From NCBI GenBank assembly GCA_964449975.1, contig CAYVED010000005.1:2861-66860 (forward strand): a stretch of DNA of 64,000 nucleotides, given 5' to 3'. Below are positions 47,283 to 55,769 of this stretch, piece by piece. Source of the DNA: an uncultured Muribaculaceae bacterium (GTDB taxonomy: Bacteria > Bacteroidota > Bacteroidia > Bacteroidales > UBA932). Both the position numbers and the translations under genes were made by a program. The stretch's first letter is position 1. Every line of letters begins with the position of its first letter. A model generated the notes under the pieces. It was not told the DNA's origin. It saw only the letters and a list, made by a program, of their open reading frames with translations, and made no database searches.

Positions 47283-48363
47283 CTACTCTCTGGATTTTAT
47301 AAAATAATCTTTCATCTTGGAACTTCCCTCCAGTTGGTATTTATAAAATTTCTCCTGTTCTGTATAATATTTCTCAATTTGCTCTTTGGTAATCTCTTTC
47401 ATTTCACCGAAAATACGCTCTACACTCTGCAAATCGGTAACTTTATAATCCCAGAAATTCATAATGTTATACAATGCCGCTATTTCTTCCGTTTTATTAT
47501 CCATACGTAATTCCGCCAACCTGGCGACTAATTGCGAAACCTTCTCGTCTGAAGAAGATAAAAGATTAATTGCCGTTACAGCCTCGGTCACCTCTTCGCG
47601 GGTAAGCTCTCTGCCTGCGACAAGGTACATTGTAAGTATCTTACCGTAAGCATTAACAATGCTTTTATCTACAAGGTGATTGCCTATAAATCCATTTGCA
47701 GCAATTTTGTTTTTCAATAAATATGATAACAACTCTTTATTATCGGATAAGTTCCTGGAAAAATAATCCCATACCGGAGCAGTAAAAACATCTCTTTCTT
47801 TGAAAACAGTTATGTTCTCAGCCAGAAATTTACCTATTTCGGCCTGCCTGTAAGCCTTCGAAAGGCTTTTTAAATAGGTAACGGCATTATCGACCGTTTT
47901 ATCCGCGTCATACACACTTTTCAGATGTGCGGGAGAATTCTTTATGTCTTTTGCCTGATCCACTTGTTTTATAAATTTATCCAGCTCTCCTCCCCCTATA
48001 ATCCGTCCTATCTCATTACCGTCCCCGTCAAGAATGAGAAAAGTAGGATAAGCCGATATGGAATATTTTTTTGCAATATCTACCCCTTCTCCCTTTTCCA
48101 TATCTATTTTGATATTTACAAAATTCTTATTAAAGTAATCTCCTGCTTCTTTGGTAGGGAATATAGTATTTGCCATATATTTGCACGGTCCGCACCATGA
48201 GGTGTAACAATCCAGAAATACCAGATTAGGTCCTTTTTTGTTCGACTTTGCTTTTTTCAGCGCTTCCGCAAACGTACCTTTCTCCCAATTAACCCCTCCG
48301 GACTGAGCAAAAGAAGCAAAAGAAATAAAAGCACATAATGTAAATAATAAAATCTTCTTCATA
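47283..48363 (-). CDS. exported thioredoxin-fold protein with a C-terminal helical extension
   Basis: Signal peptide MKKILLFTLCAFISFASFAQ and YTSWCGPCKYM active site. The internal ATG at 48363, preceded by TTTAAACGT, is preferred over the ORF start at 48416. Confidence 0.75.
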
Positions 48364-48460
48364 CGTTTAAAAATCTCTTTTATAATGTTATTAAATATAA
48401 TCTTAGCCACCGGCAAATGTATGATAAAAAGTCTAATATCCCATCCCCGTGTTAAAAAAT

Positions 48461-48558
48461 ACCTTGTTGAACAGGGCCGCTATTCGCAGCAGTAAGCAGC
48501 TTAAAATAGCTGAAAAATATCCTTAAAATAATTTCGGTAAAAAATCAAAACAGTTTCT
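48461..48558 (-). repeat. copy 2 of the roughly 98-nt conserved upstream element
   Basis: About 90% identical to 13004-13101. It lies between the susD-like stop (48578) and the thioredoxin-fold gene start (48363). Confidence 0.8.
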
Positions 48559-48577
48559 GAATATTCTCGTCAATCAT

Positions 48578-50119
48578 TTATTTATTATTGCTCCAGGGAG
48601 TATTATCAAACGGAACTCCCCATTGAGGATTCCATCTTAACACCTCGTTTCTGATAGGAAGGATAAAAAAGTCGGAATTTACCTTTGCAGAGTATGGCTT
48701 ATCATGTATAACATGGGTAATCTGCTCTTTTGCCCAGGGTTTACCTATCTCGTTAGTAAAACGCTTGAGGTCGAAAAACCTTTTGGTAGATGCCGTAGAA
48801 AGTTCGCGGCGTCTTTCATCTATAATTTCCTTTATAATATTATCCTCTCCCGAAATCTGCAACTCCGGAGTTCCGGTTTTATGCCTCAGTTTTCTGAGAT
48901 AATTCAGATCGGCCAAAGCTCCGGATAAATCATGAGTTCTGGCACGCCCCTCCGCTCTCATCAAAAGAATTTCCGGATAAGTATATCCCGATGTTCTTTC
49001 AAGTTTCGACTGATAATTCAGAATCCTTCTGCCGTCATCATAAGTAACTCCGTTCTGAACCGTTTTATAGCCTAAATATTCAAAAAAGAAATATTCGCAC
49101 CGCAGATCGGTAGAGGAATCAAATAAATCAAGTAGCTCTTTGGACGGATAAGTATCGCCTAACCTCATCTGGGCACAACTCCTGTACAGGCAATTCTCCA
49201 TATTATATGTAGCGCTAAGGGAGGCGCTTCCCTGTGATGTCTTTATTGAACTTACATTCCTGTTATCCCTATCCTGCGCAACACTCGGATCCGCCCATGA
49301 AAACTTATTCATATCATAGAACAGATTATCCATTCCGCCTGCGCCGGAAGCTGCAAGGGCAAGAGACTTATCCGCATAAAATGCAACACTGTCGTATTTT
49401 GCAGTAAACAAGTGGTAATAAGAAAGGAAAGCATAAGCCTGAACCTTTCCGAATCTTGTATTAAAAGAAGGAATATCGGGAAGATTTTTCATTTGAGAAT
49501 GAATATCTCCCGCAACCCGTTTAAATATATCTTCCATAGAACTTAGATCTTCCATAGGAGAATTAGGATCGCTGGAAGTTCTGTAAGGAATAGTCTTTGT
49601 AGAATTATCTCCGCCCGGACGATAGGCCGGGCCATATCCGAGAGCCGTCATAAACAGGCTCCATGCTCTTGCAACCGTTGCCTGCGCTATTATTTCATCA
49701 GCCTCTTTTTCAACTTCCGGCGTTCTTATCCCGTTGATACCGTCTATACACGAATTAAAATATTGTACCGCACGGTAGGTTCCCATATTCCAGAAAAAAT
49801 CATGGAGATTAGGGTTCCCGTAAGGCTTTTTAAATACATAAGCAAAATAACACTGCATATCCTGACGACCGTTATACCATGCAAAATCAGCCTGAATATC
49901 GGACATTTCAACATCATCACACAAAAAAGGAATCAGGCTGATACCGCCGTTATCCAAGTATACAAAGTTTATAGTGGCCTGATTATTCAATAACCTGTCA
50001 AAAGCAGATATATCCCCTTTCCCCGGAATAAGCATTCCGGCAGGTTTTACATCCAGAAAGCCCGAACAGGATGTAATAAACAGAGCTAATATTAAATTTA
50101 TTATTATATTTCTTTTCAT
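48578..50119 (-). CDS. RagB/SusD family outer-membrane lipoprotein
   Basis: Lipobox FITSCSG, 513 aa, and a position immediately downstream of the SusC-like gene. The C-terminal ...IPIRNEVLRWNPQW pattern is SusD-like. Confidence 0.85.
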   Translation of the reverse strand: MKRNIIINLILALFITSCSGFLDVKPAGMLIPGKGDISAFDRLLNNQATINFVYLDNGGISLIPFLCDDVEMSDIQADFAWYNGRQDMQCYFAYVFKKPYGNPNLHDFFWNMGTYRAVQYFNSCIDGINGIRTPEVEKEADEIIAQATVARAWSLFMTALGYGPAYRPGGDNSTKTIPYRTSSDPNSPMEDLSSMEDIFKRVAGDIHSQMKNLPDIPSFNTRFGKVQAYAFLSYYHLFTAKYDSVAFYADKSLALAASGAGGMDNLFYDMNKFSWADPSVAQDRDNRNVSSIKTSQGSASLSATYNMENCLYRSCAQMRLGDTYPSKELLDLFDSSTDLRCEYFFFEYLGYKTVQNGVTYDDGRRILNYQSKLERTSGYTYPEILLMRAEGRARTHDLSGALADLNYLRKLRHKTGTPELQISGEDNIIKEIIDERRRELSTASTKRFFDLKRFTNEIGKPWAKEQITHVIHDKPYSAKVNSDFFILPIRNEVLRWNPQWGVPFDNTPWSNNK

Positions 50120-50164
50120 ACGTTTAAAAAGTTAACATTCGTTTCATACTTCAAATTCCTTTAA

Positions 50165-53100
50165 CTATAAATTAACCGATATTCCAAAGTAGAATTCCGG
50201 TCTTAACTGCATGGAAGAAAGTCCCCCCACAGAGAATGCCCCCACAGAATCATATCCTCCGAAATTATCAATAGTTTCGGGATCAATATCCACTCCTTTT
50301 GCCGTAATATAGAATAGATTCCTGGTTTGGAAATAGATTTTTAATCCGCTTAACCTGAGCTTGCTTAAAACTCCCCTCTGGAAGTTATACGTTAAGGTAA
50401 GATCCCTTAATTTAACATAACTGGCGCTTGCTGTCAGATGATCGCTGTACGGATAGTAAAAAGCGTTCATCGTATATAGATCCAATTTAGGATATATTCT
50501 GGTTGCTTCGTCTCCAGGGTTGCGCCACCTCTCGGCAACATGCCTGTTATTATAATTAGAGCCGTAAAAAGAATCCTTCCTGTATTTATGTCCGAACTTT
50601 CCTATAAACATAAACGAAAGTTCCCAGGCGTTATAACTGAAACTGTTCGTCCAGCTCAGATCCAGCGGCGGCCTTACGGTTCCAAGATAAACCGCATCCT
50701 CTGCTTTAAGCATGCCTCCCTCTACTTTTTCACCCTTGCTATTGTAATATAAAGGATTACCCGTATTATCAAGGCCGGCAAAACGTCCGCCCCAGAAAGC
50801 ATCCATAGAATAGCCCTGCACCATGATGGCACTTCCTGCATATGACTCAAAATAAGGGCGGCTGAGATTATAATAATCTACGCGGCTCGTATTATAGTTT
50901 GCAATCAGGGAACTGTTCCATAAAAACCCGCTGTTTTCCCCTTTTAAAATATCTCCGGACACAGATAATTCGAATCCTCTATTGGTTACTCCTCCCACAT
51001 TCTGATTAAGGGAGCCCATTCCTTTAGTTTCATCAACCTGATCCATTACGATAAGATCCGTACTCTTCTTGTTATAGAAATCAAACCCCACATTCAACCG
51101 GTTATTTATCATTGAAAAATCAAGTCCTATATCCGTAATCCGTGTTTTTTCCCAGCGTAACTGATTATTAGGATATGTATTTATACCGTTAGATACTCCT
51201 CCCATAATAGGACTGTAATTGCCCACATTTAAAACAAGATACGGAGTATTATTTAAAGAAATATTTCCGTTTATACCGTAGGAGGCCCTTATATTAAATC
51301 TGTTAAAAATATCTTTGATCCCTGAAAAGAACTCTTCCTCGGATATTCTGTATGCTCCTCCTACTGACCATGTAGGTTTATAACGGAATTTCGGATCCGT
51401 CCCGAAAAAGTTGGTAAGATCCAAGCGGATACTGCCTGTGATCTGATACCTGTTATTAAATTCATAAGAGGCATTCCCGTACCATGAAACAAAACGATTG
51501 TCCCTTACACCGTAGTTATTACCATAAGATACGCTGCCTAAATAATCCGGGCGTCTGCCGAATAACATATCCCCGGAAATATTATTAGTATTGCTTCTAT
51601 ATTCATGTATATTGAATCCCGAATCATAAGTTGCAGAAACAGGATCATAACCCAGTCTTGTAGGCAAAAAAGATCTTTCGTATGTATCTTTACTTATTTC
51701 GCTGCCCAGCATTGCAGTAACCCTGTGCTTCTTATTATCGAAAGTCTGGTTATAGTTCAACTGCGCACGTATTACCCAAGACATAATAGTTCCCCTGTTT
51801 TCATCAATCTTACCGCCGTCCGGAATATAATGTTTTGCAGGATTGGTCGCGGAAGTTCCGTCATTGTATGCAGTACGCATGGCAAATGAACTTATGTCCG
51901 CTATGGTACGGCTGGTAGTGGAACCCTTGACCCAAGCCCCACCTACGCTTCCCGACAAAAAATCGAAAAATTTAACATTAATATCTCCACCAAGTCTTAC
52001 CTGAAGATTTTCTGAGGTCGTCCCGTGAAGGCCGAGGTCGGACTCCGGATGATAAGTAACCGGTTTCATCCCATGATAAGTATTATACTTATCAATTCTC
52101 CTCTGTCCTACCGGCATGAACGGAACCGCATTCCCACTCTCATCATACATACGGGTATACGGATCAATTTTACCGAACCCGGAAACATTGGCAAGATCTT
52201 TCCATGTTTCAACGGAACTGTTCTGTTTGAAATAATTTATATTTGTAAAAATCCTGAACGAAAACCAATCCGTAGGCTTCCAGTTATTATTAATATCGGC
52301 AATAAATCTCGAACTGTTATTATGTTTAAGATTCCCGTATTCTCCTATATAGCGGATAGCTCCGTGGAACATATTTTTATCACTGCCTCCCGAAATCGAG
52401 AGATTATGCGAATGAGACTGTTTAGGCTTTATAAGATATTTTCCTATCTGCTCCAGTGAATTATTCCCTCTGAGCATTTCAATCTGTTTGTCGGCGTCCG
52501 CAGCAGGAATCAGTCCCCTGTCTTTAGCCATCAATAAATACATATATTCGGAAATCCTCCTGTATCTGTTATATTGTGAAAAATAATTAGATGGATTCGC
52601 TTGATATAAATCCAGTTCCGCATCCATATAATCCGCAGGAGACGCCATATTCAGTTTGGAAAAATCCGGTTTTAAAACGATACTGTATGTTCCTTTATAA
52701 CCTACGCTTACCGCCCCTTTTTTAGCACTTTTGGTAGTAATAACTATCACACCGTTGGAAGCCCGCGCTCCATAAATGGAAGCGGCGACCGCATCTTTTA
52801 AGACAGTGATATTCTCGATATTATCGGAATTAATACTTTCCAGGCCCATACCGTCGCCGATAAGCGGATACCCGTCCACCACAATAAGAGGCTCCTGGGT
52901 TCCGTTAAAAGTAGAGACGCCACGCACCTCAATCTTGCCGTCCTTGGTAAGCACTACACCGGCCGATTGACCTTCAAGAACGGAGGCCAGGGAAGGCTGT
53001 AGCTTTTTCTCCAACTTCTGGGAAGTAACTACCGCATACGATCCTGTCGAACGTTCTTTAGATAATGTCTGATAACCGGTCACCACCACATCCGATAAAG

Positions 53101-53713
53101 CTATGGAGCTTTGTTCCAGTATGATCTTATAATCTCTGGCTGCGTCACCTACTCTAAAAGTCCTGTCCTTCATCCCTATAGAGGTTATTTTTATCAGATC
53201 GCCCTCCGCGCCTTCTATCCGGAAAACTCCGTCAATATCCGATGCGGCGAATTTTTCAGTACGGGTATTCTCAACGGATGCTCCGGGAAGAGGTTCCCCG
53301 GCCTCATCCTGCACAACACCTTTTATTAATACCTCTTTAGAAGATACTCCGTTTATCGTGTCGGATTTCTGTAATGTGCTCAATATAACATGGTTATCCC
53401 TTATAACATAAGAGATTTCCAGCGGATTGAGTATTTTAGAAAGCACGGCTTCCAGAGGTTCGTTGCTGCAATCAAAGGTTACTTTAATCTCGTTCGCTTT
53501 TACCTTATCGGTATAAATGAACTTAAAATCGGTTTGAGAGGCAATCTTGTCCAGCGCCGTTTTAAGAGATACGTTATCACATTTGAGGCTTACAGGAATT
53601 TTTTCCTGCGCCATAAGTTCTACCGCTCCCATAATTACAAAGGCGCACAAAAGCATGAGCGCTTTTCGCATAAAATTTAAAATCATTTTTTCAGTAGTCA
53701 TAGATCTTTTCAA
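50165..53713 (-). CDS. SusC/RagA-type TonB-linked outer-membrane transporter with an N-terminal STN signalling domain
   Basis: STN-like segment (VSLKTALDKIASQTDFKFIY...LEAVLSKIL...YVIRDNHVIL), CarboxypepD_reg domain, plug (ITVLKDAVAASIYGARASNGVIVITT) and C-terminal F...L barrel end. The true start may be the ATG at 53671 (MRKALMLLCAF...). Confidence 0.9.
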   Translation of the reverse strand: MKRSMTTEKMILNFMRKALMLLCAFVIMGAVELMAQEKIPVSLKCDNVSLKTALDKIASQTDFKFIYTDKVKANEIKVTFDCSNEPLEAVLSKILNPLEISYVIRDNHVILSTLQKSDTINGVSSKEVLIKGVVQDEAGEPLPGASVENTRTEKFAASDIDGVFRIEGAEGDLIKITSIGMKDRTFRVGDAARDYKIILEQSSIALSDVVVTGYQTLSKERSTGSYAVVTSQKLEKKLQPSLASVLEGQSAGVVLTKDGKIEVRGVSTFNGTQEPLIVVDGYPLIGDGMGLESINSDNIENITVLKDAVAASIYGARASNGVIVITTKSAKKGAVSVGYKGTYSIVLKPDFSKLNMASPADYMDAELDLYQANPSNYFSQYNRYRRISEYMYLLMAKDRGLIPAADADKQIEMLRGNNSLEQIGKYLIKPKQSHSHNLSISGGSDKNMFHGAIRYIGEYGNLKHNNSSRFIADINNNWKPTDWFSFRIFTNINYFKQNSSVETWKDLANVSGFGKIDPYTRMYDESGNAVPFMPVGQRRIDKYNTYHGMKPVTYHPESDLGLHGTTSENLQVRLGGDINVKFFDFLSGSVGGAWVKGSTTSRTIADISSFAMRTAYNDGTSATNPAKHYIPDGGKIDENRGTIMSWVIRAQLNYNQTFDNKKHRVTAMLGSEISKDTYERSFLPTRLGYDPVSATYDSGFNIHEYRSNTNNISGDMLFGRRPDYLGSVSYGNNYGVRDNRFVSWYGNASYEFNNRYQITGSIRLDLTNFFGTDPKFRYKPTWSVGGAYRISEEEFFSGIKDIFNRFNIRASYGINGNISLNNTPYLVLNVGNYSPIMGGVSNGINTYPNNQLRWEKTRITDIGLDFSMINNRLNVGFDFYNKKSTDLIVMDQVDETKGMGSLNQNVGGVTNRGFELSVSGDILKGENSGFLWNSSLIANYNTSRVDYYNLSRPYFESYAGSAIMVQGYSMDAFWGGRFAGLDNTGNPLYYNSKGEKVEGGMLKAEDAVYLGTVRPPLDLSWTNSFSYNAWELSFMFIGKFGHKYRKDSFYGSNYNNRHVAERWRNPGDEATRIYPKLDLYTMNAFYYPYSDHLTASASYVKLRDLTLTYNFQRGVLSKLRLSGLKIYFQTRNLFYITAKGVDIDPETIDNFGGYDSVGAFSVGGLSSMQLRPEFYFGISVNL

Positions 53714-53787
53714 AAAGTTATTTTATAAGCAATACAATCGAACCCCGTTTTATCCACATATTTTTTTTTAAAAAATCTTAACATTTA

Positions 53788-53858
53788 GAGTCTGTTTAAA
53801 AATATTTCGAATGAATTTTGATCTCTTTTATTAATCACTAATATTTTTAAAAAGACTC
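53788..53858. repeat. 19-bp inverted repeat (18/19) with a 33-bp spacer in the susC/sigma intergenic region
   Basis: gagtctgtttaaaaatatt (53788-53806) versus aatatttttaaaaagactc (53840-53858). Confidence 0.6.
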
Positions 53859-54130
53859 TTAGTTTTTTATTTGAGAACTGTACAATAAATAACTCAAGCG
53901 GATTTTATTATATAACAACTCTAAGCCCCGGGATGTTTTATGCCTCCGGCAATTATTTCAAGTTTCTATCTCCAATATCGCCCCCATGTGCGGCAAAAAA
54001 TATGTCGGGATACCTGAAATTCGGCCGGCCATCCATATATTCCGGTTTTTTATGTGGGTTTGTTCTTATGAATTGTGTATAATATGTAACCTTATTTAAT
54101 AAAAATGGAAAATTACTTCAATTCTGTTAC

Positions 54131-54138
54131 TATATTTG
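54131..54138 (+). promoter_or_regulatory. candidate -7 promoter box (TATATTTG) for the ECF sigma gene
   Basis: TAnnTTTG match 35 nt upstream of the ATG at 54174. It lies inside the longer ORF-track model, which argues for the shorter CDS. Confidence 0.4.
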
Positions 54139-54173
54139 CTTCGCCCCTTAACCATGGGGTAAAGAACCGTAAC

Positions 54174-54707
54174 ATGAAAACAAGTGAAAGTAAAAAAGAT
54201 CTCTACCAGAAGATCTATGCCGAATATTTTTCCAGAATAGCTGCATACGCTTTCAGTTTTCTCAAGGATAAAGAAGAGGCTGATAATATCGCTAACGATA
54301 CATTCCTTTCTTTATGGGAGAACCGGGAGAAGTTGAACTGGGAAGAAAATTTGTCCCCCTGGTTGTTCTCAGTAGCCAGAAATAAGAGTTTTAATACTCT
54401 AAAGAAAAGGATGCATTCCCACAATTACAAAAAAAACAGTATAAAAGAAAAATCGGATTATCTTAATTTCCTGGCATTGCAATCGGAAAGCCCGGTAAAG
54501 ATCTATGAAAAAGAAGTGGAAAAATTATTATGTCTGGCGGTAGAGAAAATGACACCTAAAGTAAGAACCACTTTTATTCTAAGCAGGCTGAAAGGACTGA
54601 AATACTCGGAGATCGCGGAAATCCATAATATTTCCAACCGTACGGTGGAAGCTCGTATAAAGTTGGCAATGTTGATATTAAGAAAAACTTTTAAAGATTA
54701 CCTTTAA
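54174..54707 (+). CDS. ECF-type RNA polymerase sigma-70 factor (PUL-associated)
   Basis: Region 2 EEADNIANDTFLSLWE and region 4 LKYSEIAEIHNISNRTVEARIKLAM. The ORF track begins at 54105, and I prefer MKTSESKK... at 54174. Confidence 0.8.
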   Translation: MKTSESKKDLYQKIYAEYFSRIAAYAFSFLKDKEEADNIANDTFLSLWENREKLNWEENLSPWLFSVARNKSFNTLKKRMHSHNYKKNSIKEKSDYLNFLALQSESPVKIYEKEVEKLLCLAVEKMTPKVRTTFILSRLKGLKYSEIAEIHNISNRTVEARIKLAMLILRKTFKDYL

Positions 54708-54731
54708 ATCAAATACCTATATTTTAACATA

Positions 54732-55718
54732 ATGAATAAAGACCTGTTATATAAATACTTTATGGACGAGGCTTCGGAAGAAGAGGTGGATAGGATAATC
54801 CGCTGGGTGGAAAGCTCAAAAAAGAATCTGGATTTTTTCGCCGAACAGAAAGCCTTATGGGATATATCGGCGGACATTAACCGGTTAGGAAAGGAAAAAA
54901 GTTCCCGGAAAACAAATAAATTCCGGGTTGCATATTACTCCGCCGCGGCGATAATAATTATCCTGCTGGCTACAAATCTCATTTTTATGCTTAGCGGACA
55001 GAGCACTCCGGTTTATGAGTCTTCTCTTATAGTGCAACTCCCGTCTGAAGAGTTGCGTACATTATATACAGAAAAAGGAGTAAAAGCGCATATCGTGCTT
55101 CCCGACAGTTCGCAGGTATGGCTTAACTCGGATAGCCGGATAACATATCCTGCCGTATTCGGCAACAGGATAAGGGAGGTGGAATTATCTGGAGAAGCAT
55201 ATTTTGAAGTAATAAAGGATTCTCTGCATCCGATGATAGTGAAAACAAATAAAGATTTCTCTATAGAGGTTCTGGGAACATCATTTTCGGTCAGGAGTTA
55301 CAATAATGACAATACGGCAAAAGCCACATTATTTTCAGGCTCTATCTCCATGCACTACAGAGACGTCCGTAACAATGAGCATAAAGTATTGAAACTTAAC
55401 CCGAAAGAATCATTTATATATTATCAGGCAAACTCCGCACCCGAACAGGTAAAATATGAAAACAATGATAAAGAGATAGCCTGGAAAAGAGGAGAGTTAT
55501 TATTCGACCGCACCCCTGTGGAAGATGTTTTGAAAATGCTGGAAAGGTGGCACGGTACGGAGTTCGTAGTAGAAAACAAGGCCATATTCAATGATAAGCT
55601 CACCGCCTCTTTCCAGACGGAATCAATCGTCCAGATTATGGAGATGATGAAATATTGTATAGATATGGATTATAAAATAAATAATAATACCGTTACAATT
55701 ACAAAAGTAAAGAAATAG
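54732..55718 (+). CDS. FecR family anti-sigma factor
   Basis: One TM helix (YYSAAAIIIILLATNLIFML), a FecR domain (VWLNSDSRITYP...LSGEAYFEV) and a C-terminal DUF4974-like segment (LLFDRTPVEDVLKMLERWHG). Confidence 0.85.
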   Translation: MNKDLLYKYFMDEASEEEVDRIIRWVESSKKNLDFFAEQKALWDISADINRLGKEKSSRKTNKFRVAYYSAAAIIIILLATNLIFMLSGQSTPVYESSLIVQLPSEELRTLYTEKGVKAHIVLPDSSQVWLNSDSRITYPAVFGNRIREVELSGEAYFEVIKDSLHPMIVKTNKDFSIEVLGTSFSVRSYNNDNTAKATLFSGSISMHYRDVRNNEHKVLKLNPKESFIYYQANSAPEQVKYENNDKEIAWKRGELLFDRTPVEDVLKMLERWHGTEFVVENKAIFNDKLTASFQTESIVQIMEMMKYCIDMDYKINNNTVTITKVKK

Positions 55719-55753
55719 AATCCGTTATTTTTGTTTTAGAGGATATAAGTTCG

Positions 55754-55761
55754 TATATTTG
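55754..55761 (+). promoter_or_regulatory. candidate -7 promoter box (TATATTTG) for the sensor kinase gene
   Basis: TAnnTTTG match 8 nt before the ATG at 55770 and 29 nt before the ATG at 55791. Confidence 0.4.
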
Positions 55762-55769
55762 ATCCGATT

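Noticed and set aside
47283-48416. Longer ORF-track models with N-terminal extensions (thioredoxin-fold gene 48416, S46 peptidase 38314, XRE regulator 31802, kdsB 16182, rsmA 46283, ECF sigma 54105)
   Set aside because: In each case an internal ATG yields a canonical N-terminus, either a signal peptide or a conserved family start. In several cases a promoter-like box lies inside the extension, so I use the shorter models.
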